Made by a program: the position numbers and the translations under genes. A model generated the notes under the pieces. It did not search any database, was not told the DNA's origin, and saw only the letters and a list, made by a program, of their open reading frames with translations. Positions 1 to 5,111 of a stretch of 5,111 nucleotides of DNA are shown here, piece after piece. Each line of letters opens with the position of its first letter. Within the stretch, counting starts at the first letter, position 1. Source of the DNA: a virus (taxonomy: Duplodnaviria; Heunggongvirae; Uroviricota; Caudoviricetes); the IMG/VR virus record IMGVR_UViG_3300029504_000052. One strand, 5' to 3'.

Positions 1-1
1 T

Positions 2-142
2 ACGCAGCGAATTGAGCGGCATAACCTGAATCTGAGGCAGCACCTGGCACGGCTGGGACGGAAGTTGCTGTCGTTCTCAAAATCGGTGGAGCTGCATGAC
101 AAAGTCATCGGGCATTATCTGAACATAAAACACTATCAATAA
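2..142 (+). CDS. 3' end of an upstream ORF of unknown function (partial; N-terminus lies before the window)
   Basis: Frame 2 is open from the window edge for 46 codons (...[32 protein letters not shown]) to a TAA at 140-142, while the other two + frames hit stops within the first 30 nt. It is followed by a 157-bp gap with a promoter-like site. I do not recognise the product. Confidence 0.3.
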   Translation, partial: TQRIERHNLNLRQHLARLGRKLLSFSKSVELHDKVIGHYLNIKHYQ

Positions 143-213
143 GTTGGAGTCATTACCCGTTGTTTGTATCCCAGCAATCTGTTGTTTGGTTTTTATTCCA
201 TTAAGGTGGGGGC

Positions 214-241
214 TTTACACTGGAACCAGTTTATTTATACT
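214..241 (+). promoter_or_regulatory. Candidate sigma70 promoter upstream of the 300..899 gene
   Basis: TTTACA at 214-219, a 16-nt spacer, then TATACT at 236-241, about 60 nt upstream of the ATG at 300. Sequence pattern only. Confidence 0.3.
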
Positions 242-299
242 TTATACGTCAGCCTGAACAACTGGCATCTGCTGCACTGCGCCATCGAGAGATTGAGAA

Positions 300-899
300 A
301 TGGCGCATATACAACTGGTCAAACAAACTTCTTCTGGTTTACTTCTCCCGGCGACGCCGGAGAGTTGCGATTTTCTGCATCAAATCAAAATAGGTGAGTG
401 GATACACGCAGACTTTAAGCGTGTGCGTAACTACGCATTCCACAAGCGTTTTTTCAAACTCCTGCAACTGGGATTCGATTACTGGACTCCGGTCGGTGGG
501 GCGATCACGCCTCGCGAACGAGAACTGCTGTCTGGTTTCGTTGATTACCTGTGCGAATCAGTTGGTCGGGAACACACGCCAGCCCTGAGTGATGCCGCAG
601 AGCAATACCTTAACACCGTTGCGACTCGTAGAACCCGGGATACGGCGTTGCTAAAGTCGTTTGAGGCTTTCCGCGAGTGGGTAACCATTCAGGCCGGATT
701 TTACACCGAGCATATTTATCCGGACGGTAGCCGTGGGCGTCGGGCAAAATCCATCGCTTTTGCGAATATGGACGAAGTCGAGTTTCAGCAGGTTTATAAA
801 TCTGTACTGAATGTGCTGTGGAACTGGATTCTGTTCCGTAAATTCTCCTCTCAGGAGGAAGTTGAAAATGTGGCCGCACAACTACTGGAGTTTGCGTAA
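300..899 (+). CDS. Conserved lambdoid nin-region protein, probably DUF1367 family (199 aa)
   Basis: ATG-initiated 199-codon ORF in a gene-dense operon. Its TAA (897-899) overlaps the next ATG (899-901), indicating translational coupling. Position immediately upstream of a YbcO-like gene and Q matches the nin region of lambdoid prophages. The family assignment is from memory and not verified. Confidence 0.8.
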   Translation: MAHIQLVKQTSSGLLLPATPESCDFLHQIKIGEWIHADFKRVRNYAFHKRFFKLLQLGFDYWTPVGGAITPRERELLSGFVDYLCESVGREHTPALSDAAEQYLNTVATRRTRDTALLKSFEAFREWVTIQAGFYTEHIYPDGSRGRRAKSIAFANMDEVEFQQVYKSVLNVLWNWILFRKFSSQEEVENVAAQLLEFA

Positions 900-1189
900 T
901 GGTGAATTTACGTAAAGCGGCTAAAGGCCAGATGTGCCAGATCAGAATCCCTGGCTACTGCAATCACAATCCCGAAACCTCTGTGCTGGCGCATTACAGG
1001 CTGGCGGGGACGTGCGGAACAGCGACAAAACCACACGATATGCAGGCGGCGATAGCCTGTAGCTCATGCCACGATCTAATCGACGGGCGGGTAAAAACCA
1101 GCGATTACACCAAAGAAGAATTGCGCCTGATGCATGCTGAAGGGGTTTTTCGCACACAAGAAATCTGGAGAAAGAAAGGTCATTTATGA
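899..1189 (+). CDS. ybcO: YbcO-like DUF1364 protein (putative small nuclease, 96 aa)
   Basis: 96 aa with four cysteines (CQIRIPGYCN ... CSSCHDL), matching my recollection of DLP12 YbcO in size, Cys pattern and position just upstream of Q. Start overlaps the upstream stop (TAATG) and stop overlaps the Q start (ATGA). Confidence 0.8.
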   Translation: MVNLRKAAKGQMCQIRIPGYCNHNPETSVLAHYRLAGTCGTATKPHDMQAAIACSSCHDLIDGRVKTSDYTKEELRLMHAEGVFRTQEIWRKKGHL

Positions 1190-1728
1190 TTTACCCAACG
1201 AATACAGGAAAAAGCGGAGAACACCTTCGCCTCACCACGCTGGAAAGTGTCTGGATTCAGGGAAAACTACGTATGTGGGGGCGCTGGTCGTATATTGGCG
1301 GTGGCAGGTCAGGGAATATGTTCAATCAGTTGTTGGCATCCAAAAAACTGACGAAAACAGCCATTAATGAAGCCCTGCGCAGAATGAAAAAAGCGGGAAT
1401 AGAGAAAGCTGAGCTGGAAGCGTTTTTGCGAGAGATGATCAACGGCAAGCAAAAGAGCTGGCTGGCGCATTGTACTGATGCAGAGGCGTTATGTATTGAT
1501 CGAGTCATAAGTGAGGTGCTGGCAGAGCATCCAGGATTGATTTGCATTCTCCGGCAACGCTATGAAGGGCGGGGGATGACTAAGCGCAAAATGGCTGAAT
1601 TGCTAAATGATGCACACCCAGAGTGGTGTTTTAGCACATGCGAAAAACGGATTGCTAATTGGTTAGCTGTTGCTGAGTATGCCCTATATATTCCCATGCG
1701 TGAATCATTTGCTGAGAAAATGGCTTGA
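1186..1728 (+). CDS. Late-gene antitermination protein Q family (180 aa)
   Basis: Last gene of the coupled nin cluster, followed within about 80 bp by a strong intrinsic terminator (the classic Q / pR' / tR' arrangement) and then by a lysis cassette. Contains a W-G-x-W segment (LRMWGRWS) reminiscent of Q-family proteins. Which Q subtype (lambda, 21 or 82) cannot be decided by eye. Confidence 0.7.
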   Translation: MIYPTNTGKSGEHLRLTTLESVWIQGKLRMWGRWSYIGGGRSGNMFNQLLASKKLTKTAINEALRRMKKAGIEKAELEAFLREMINGKQKSWLAHCTDAEALCIDRVISEVLAEHPGLICILRQRYEGRGMTKRKMAELLNDAHPEWCFSTCEKRIANWLAVAEYALYIPMRESFAEKMA

Positions 1729-1808
1729 TTTCTTACGTATAAACTGCTTCAATTTTGCTATGCTTCGTAAAGCTGTATCGCGAGGCGGATTGCAGACATG
1801 GACATCGT

Positions 1809-1835
1809 AAAAAAACCGCTTAATGCGGTTTTTTT
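1809..1835 (+). terminator. Rho-independent terminator, tR'-like
   Basis: AAAAAACCGC - ttaat - GCGGTTTTTT: an inverted repeat with a 4-bp GC core flanked by an A-tract and a 7-T run. It is symmetric, so it could terminate in both directions. Confidence 0.7.
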
Positions 1836-1856
1836 ACGTCAGGAAAGCAGGGGAGA

Positions 1857-2006
1857 ATGCTGCTAGTTGGGCAACTGGTCTTTCTGCTCCAAATTATAAC
1901 AGAGACCAGTTATAGTTTCGGTGCTGTGTTTTTTTTACAATATTGTGATAACACATTGCTGGCGGGAGTTTTGATATTTCTTGGCAGGGGCTGATGATGC
2001 GTTATC
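1857..2006 (+). CDS. Hypothetical small hydrophobic protein (49 aa), speculative
   Basis: ATG at 1857 preceded by a purine-rich AGGAAAGCAGGGGAGA. Translates to MLLVGQLVFLLQIITETSYSFGAVFFLQYCDNTLLAGVLIFLGRG, ending at a TGA at 2004-2006. AT/T-rich DNA readily yields hydrophobic ORFs by chance and the SD spacing is poor. Confidence 0.2.
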
Positions 2007-2155
2007 CTGATGTCGTCAACTCATATAAAATGAGATGAGAGATCATTGCAGGGTGGTTTGTAATTCGCTGTTTAGCGGGACAATATGTTGTCTGATACAA
2101 GACACCCGACGCCTCAGATTACTATAATAAAGACGAAGCATCCTTTGTATTGACC

Positions 2156-2181
2156 AACCGCCTGTTTAGGCGGTTCTTTTT
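2156..2181 (+). terminator. Candidate rho-independent terminator
   Basis: AACCGCC - tgttta - GGCGGTT followed by CTTTTT: a 7-bp stem, 6-nt loop and T-rich tail. The reverse-strand version lacks a T-tract. Confidence 0.45.
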
Positions 2182-2713
2182 GGGCTGGTTTATTGTATGC
2201 CAAATGATTATTAAAAAGGTTGTGTTAATAACAAAATCCGAAATAATATGCCTGCATATTTTTATCTTGCTTATATTCTGCATATTGTGCATAGCAGGCT
2301 CATCCCTGCAATCAAAACTGTATGATGAGTATTTTTTGTTTTCCTTTTTTCCAGTCATCTGATGATGACCTGCTTCTTTTTAATCCGGATCGACATCAGT
2401 TTTTTAAGATAATTCCTGCGAGTTATATGCATAAATACCACAAACTCCGCATTTTATGTGGTTGGGAGTTGCCGGGCGCGCAGTGAGTTTGCTAAGAAAA
2501 CTCCTGCATGGTGAATCCCCCTGTGCGGTGGGGTGATACCATTAACCTTTTCTGTCGCCGACAGGTATCACGAACATTTTGTTCACCGGGAGGCACCCGG
2601 CACCATGCACTTCAATAGATTCTCTCCACATTATGGATATTCTTTCAGAATATCCCACGCAGACTTTGTGTAAATGTTAACAAATGTGCGTTTTATTTGA
2701 TCTGATTCGCTGT

Positions 2714-2743
2714 TTGAGCGTCCAAAACAACGGTATATATAAT
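2714..2743 (+). promoter_or_regulatory. Candidate sigma70 promoter of the TolA-III-like lipoprotein cassette
   Basis: TTGAGC at 2714-2719, an 18-nt spacer, then a perfect TATAAT at 2738-2743 inside TATATATAAT, about 30 nt upstream of the ATG at 2773. A GAGGAA ribosome-binding site sits at 2765-2770. Confidence 0.4.
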
Positions 2744-2772
2744 CCTTTACTATATGACATATGTGAGGAAAA

Positions 2773-3201
2773 ATGGGTTTTCGTAGCGCATCAATTCTTA
2801 CGTTGATTATTAGTGGGATTATTATCGGGTGCACTGATGCTGTATCGACAAATTATCATGACCGTACATCATATTACTCCGATAAAGCAATAGAGACACA
2901 GTATGTGAGTTCATCTGAACGTACTTCTGATGTTAGTGAGGATATCCGTCTGTATGCCCATCAAATCAAGAGCGCCATCGAAAAACAGTTCGGGGATGCG
3001 AGTAAGTATTCAGGAAAAGAGTGTACACTGAGAATGCATATGGCCCCGAATGGCCTTCTACTGGAGGTTAAAAGAGAAAGTGGAGACCTCGATTTATGTC
3101 GTGAAGCGATGAATGCGATAAAGAATGCTGATATACCTGCCCCCCCTTCGCCGGAAGTATATAAAGTATTTCAAAATGGGGTGCTGGATTTTAAACCCTG
3201 A
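2773..3201 (+). CDS. Prophage lipoprotein with a TolA C-terminal (domain III)-like domain, paralog 1 (142 aa)
   Basis: N-terminus MGFRSASILTLIISGIIIGC is a type II signal peptide with lipobox IIGC and Thr at +2, predicting outer-membrane sorting. The C-terminal ~80 residues (YAHQIKSAIEKQFGDASKYSGKECTLRMHMAPNGLLLEVKRESGDLDLCREAMNAIKNADIPAPPSPEVYKVFQNGVLDFKP) closely parallel my recollection of the E. coli TolA C-terminus, including both Cys and the terminal LDFKP. Confidence 0.85.
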   Translation: MGFRSASILTLIISGIIIGCTDAVSTNYHDRTSYYSDKAIETQYVSSSERTSDVSEDIRLYAHQIKSAIEKQFGDASKYSGKECTLRMHMAPNGLLLEVKRESGDLDLCREAMNAIKNADIPAPPSPEVYKVFQNGVLDFKP

Positions 3202-3351
3202 TATTTATTGTTTTGTAATAAACGGTTTCGGCTTAGGTTTGTTCTGACACAGCTACGGCACTGAGCTAAATTTAGCGGATAGTCAGCTCTGAGCCAGTGG
3301 CGGACGTAACAACTACTATTGCTGAGATTTTAATGGATTGAGGAGCAAGAA

Positions 3352-3747
3352 GTGGGATTAAAGAAAATCGTTATGTTGACTTTTTGGGTCGGTTTTGTTG
3401 CGGGATGCACACCTTTACACCCTTCAGATTGCCACAAAACTACTGCTACAGGTAGTTGCAGTTCAGGACGCTGGGATGATCAGGATGAATGGGGGGCGCA
3501 AGCGCGGGGAATCAGAGCTGCAATTAATGCCAAACTTGATGAGCCGCATAACTGGAAAGGGAAAAAATGCAGGTTGCATATGGAATTCTCTCAGGATGGC
3601 ACGGCGTTAAAAATATCTACCAGTAACGGTGATAAAGCCTATTGCGAAGCGATAAAGTCCGCAGCTCATAAAGCCAAATTTCCGGCCTTCAACAATCCGG
3701 AAGTCTACAGAGATTTTCAGAAATCTGGCTTTGACATGCGAGGTTAG
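3352..3747 (+). CDS. Prophage lipoprotein with a diverged TolA-III-like domain, paralog 2 (131 aa)
   Basis: GTG start at 3352 with an AGGAG ribosome-binding site at 3341-3345. Signal peptide MGLKKIVMLTFWVGFVAGC has lipobox VAGC and Thr at +2. The C-terminal domain (GKKCRLHMEFSQDGTALKISTSNGDKAYCEAIKSAAHKAKFPAFNNPEVYRDFQKSGF) keeps the two-Cys spacing and the PEVY..FQ motif of paralog 1, at roughly 30% identity by eye. Confidence 0.8.
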   Translation: MGLKKIVMLTFWVGFVAGCTPLHPSDCHKTTATGSCSSGRWDDQDEWGAQARGIRAAINAKLDEPHNWKGKKCRLHMEFSQDGTALKISTSNGDKAYCEAIKSAAHKAKFPAFNNPEVYRDFQKSGFDMRG

Positions 3748-3872
3748 CTCTTCAATTACTATATCTCATTCATAGCAAACTGACAGATTTGATGATGTTC
3801 TATATACGAAACCTGTGATGTCAAGTCTGAGCTAATACAAATAAACATAATATCAGAGAAATACATTTTATT

Positions 3873-3895
3873 AGCTCGCTACGGCGAGCTTTTTA
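3873..3895 (+). terminator. Candidate rho-independent terminator closing the lipoprotein cassette
   Basis: AGCTCGC - tacg - GCGAGCT followed by TTTTAT: a perfect 7-bp stem and 4-nt loop, about 125 bp after the paralog 2 stop. Confidence 0.5.
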
Positions 3896-3998
3896 TATTG
3901 CATCGTCTCCAGCATATATATCAATTAAGGCTCTGATTGATGTGTCTGAAAGCCTACACATAATAACTATGCCATCCGTTCCGTGCGGAGGTGAGGCT

Positions 3999-4214
3999 AT
4001 GAAATCCATGGACAAAATTTCAACAGGCATTGCCTACGGCACCTCCGCAGGCAGTGCTGGCTACTGGTTTTTACAGTTGCTCGATAGAGTAACTCCGTCA
4101 CAGTGGGCTGCAATCGGTGTGCTGGGTAGTCTGGTATTTGGCCTGCTGACGTACCTGACAAACCTTTATTTCAAGATTAAAGAAGATAAGCGCAAGGCTG
4201 CGAGAGGTGAATAA
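3999..4214 (+). CDS. S: Class II holin (pinholin), phage 21 S21 type, with dual-start motif (71 aa)
   Basis: [71 protein letters not shown] is near-identical to my recollection of S21 / EssD. Met1 and Met4 give the antiholin/holin dual start. GGAGGTGAGG ribosome-binding site at 3987-3996. The stop overlaps the endolysin ATG (TAATG). The ORF-track extension back to 3942 uses a GTG and is not the real start. Confidence 0.9.
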   Translation: MKSMDKISTGIAYGTSAGSAGYWFLQLLDRVTPSQWAAIGVLGSLVFGLLTYLTNLYFKIKEDKRKAARGE

Positions 4215-4343
4215 TGCCTCCATCATTACGAAAAGTCGTTGCTGCTGCTATTGGTGGCGGAGCAATTGCTATAGCATCAGTGTTAATCACTGGCCCAAGT
4301 GGTAACGATGGTCTGGAAGGTGTCAGCTACATACCATACAAAG
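4214..4343 (+). pseudogene. R: SAR endolysin (R21-type lysozyme), N-terminal fragment cut by IS2
   Basis: [47 protein letters not shown] matches the Gly/Ala-rich SAR domain and N-terminus of the phage 21 endolysin as I recall it. Homology stops abruptly at about 4343, where the IS2 terminal inverted repeat begins. The 105-aa track ORF 4214..4531 is a chimera reading into IS2. Confidence 0.85.
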
Positions 4344-5111
4344 ATATTGTTGGTGGATTTGCCCCTATATTTCCAGACATCTGTTATCACTTAACCCATT
4401 ACAAGCCCGCTGCCGCAGATATTCCCGTGGCGAGCGATAACCCAGCGCACTATGCGGATGCCATTCGTTATAATGCTCGAACGCCTCTGCAAGGTTCTTT
4501 GCTGCCGTTAACCCGTCTGGTTTGGGCATGATACTGATGTAGTCACGCTTTATCGTTTTCACGAAGCTCTCTGCTATTCCGTTACTCTCCGGACTCCGCA
4601 CCGCCGTGTTCTTCGGTTCAAGTCCCAACATCCGGGCGAACTGGCGTGTTTCATTAGCCCGGTAGCATGAACCATTATCCGTCAGCCACTCCACTGGAGA
4701 CGACGGAAGATCGTTGCCGAAGCGGCGTTCCACCGCTCCCAGCATGACGTCCTGTACTGTTTCACTGTTGAAGCCGCCGGTAGTCACCGCCCAGTGCAGT
4801 GCCTCACGATCACAGCAGTCCAGCGCGAACGTGACACGCAGTCTCTCTCCGTTATCACAGCAGAACTCGAACCCGTCAGAGCACCATCGCTGATTGCTTT
4901 CTTTCACGGCCACTCTGCCTGTATGTGCCCGTTTCGATGGCGGTACAGCAGGTTTTCGCTCAAGCAACAGCGCATTCTGGCGCATGATCCGGTAAACACG
5001 TTTGGCATTGATCGCAGGCATACCATCAAGTTCTGCCTGTCTGCGAAGCTGCGCCCATACCCGACGATAACCATACGTGGGCAGCTCTCCGATAACATGG
5101 TGTATACGGAG
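4344..5111 (-). mobile_element. IS2 (IS3 family) insertion sequence, partial; continues past the window end
   Basis: TGGATTTGCCCCTATATTTCCAGACATCTGTTATCACTTAACCC at 4344-4387 matches the reverse complement of the IS2 right terminal inverted repeat as I recall it. It is followed on the minus strand by the IS2 orfB (InsD) transposase. Confidence 0.9.
4365..5111 (-). CDS. insD: IS2 transposase OrfB (InsD), C-terminal ~250 aa; N-terminus lies beyond the window
   Basis: Minus-strand translation ...[52 protein letters not shown]...[19 protein letters not shown]...CLEI is the DDE integrase/transposase of IS2. The frame stays open upstream of the track's Met (5021) to the window edge, so the true start is outside the window. 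Stop at 4365-4367. Confidence 0.9.
   Translation of the reverse strand, partial: LRIHHVIGELPTYGYRRVWAQLRRQAELDGMPAINAKRVYRIMRQNALLLERKPAVPPSKRAHTGRVAVKESNQRWCSDGFEFCCDNGERLRVTFALDCCDREALHWAVTTGGFNSETVQDVMLGAVERRFGNDLPSSPVEWLTDNGSCYRANETRQFARMLGLEPKNTAVRSPESNGIAESFVKTIKRDYISIMPKPDGLTAAKNLAEAFEHYNEWHPHSALGYRSPREYLRQRACNGLSDNRCLEI

Noticed and set aside
164-397. 77-aa + strand ORF spanning the intergenic gap and the start of the 300..899 gene
   Set aside because: It overlaps the promoter-like gap and is out of frame with the much longer, operon-embedded 300..899 ORF. No ribosome-binding site or recognisable product.
394-881. Internal alternative-frame and antisense ORFs (394..588 +, 610..879 -, 651..881 -)
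   Set aside because: All lie entirely within the 199-aa nin-region gene. Their translations are low-complexity or Arg/Pro-rich, typical of out-of-frame reads.
942-1547. ORFs 942..1157 (-), 1134..1367 (+) and 1326..1547 (-) overlapping the YbcO-like and Q genes
   Set aside because: They are embedded in or antisense to the better-supported coupled genes and have no independent start signals.
2122-2362. 70-aa (+, TTG start) and 78-aa (-) ORFs in the AT-rich region
   Set aside because: The + ORF starts inside the terminator hairpin with a TTG. Both are hydrophobic or low-complexity products of A/T-rich sequence and overlap each other antisense. Most likely non-coding.
2359-2405. Imperfect inverted repeat CTGATG ... 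CATCAG followed by a T-run
   Set aside because: Only a 6-bp stem with a loop of about 27 nt, too weak to call a terminator.
1836-2772. Possible tRNA genes or stx-like toxin genes in the Q-to-S interval
   Set aside because: Lambdoid phages often carry tRNAs or stx here, but I found no cloverleaf-compatible segment with a T-loop GTTCGA-type motif and no ORF resembling StxA or StxB.
2631-2834. 67-aa minus-strand ORF across the lipoprotein promoter and gene start
   Set aside because: It is antisense to the promoter and the N-terminus of the well-supported lipoprotein gene, with no start signals.
3395-3610. 71-aa alternative-frame ORF inside paralog 2
   Set aside because: It is out of frame with the lipoprotein ORF, which has a clear signal peptide and a conserved C-terminal domain.
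3942-3998. N-terminal extension of the holin ORF from a GTG at 3942
   Set aside because: The canonical S21 start (MKSMDK) with a strong GGAGG ribosome-binding site is at 3999. The extension has no ribosome-binding site and is not part of known holins.
4904-5098. 64-aa minus-strand ORF inside IS2
   Set aside because: It is an alternative frame overlapping the insD transposase frame, which stays open to the window edge.
1-5111. CRISPR arrays or other tandem repeats
   Set aside because: No regularly spaced direct repeats are visible anywhere in the window.

Overview
This window reads as the late-regulatory and lysis junction of a phage-21/DLP12-like lambdoid prophage in an Escherichia/Shigella-type genome. 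All calls rest on reading the sequence and on remembered protein families; no searches were run. Left to right on the + strand: the 3' end of an unidentified ORF, a promoter-like site, three translationally coupled genes (a DUF1367-like nin-region protein, a YbcO-like DUF1364 protein, a Q-family antiterminator), then a tR'-like intrinsic terminator. An AT-rich stretch of about 0.9 kb with no convincing gene follows. Next comes a self-contained cassette (promoter, two genes, terminator) encoding two divergent paralogous lipoproteins whose C-terminal domains resemble TolA domain III. After it sit an intact S21-type pinholin and an R21-type SAR endolysin cut at about codon 44 by an IS2 element that runs off the window end. 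The most interesting item is the TolA-III-like lipoprotein pair, sitting where Stx phages carry stx; I propose it is a TolA-mimic lysogenic-conversion or exclusion module, which is a hypothesis only.
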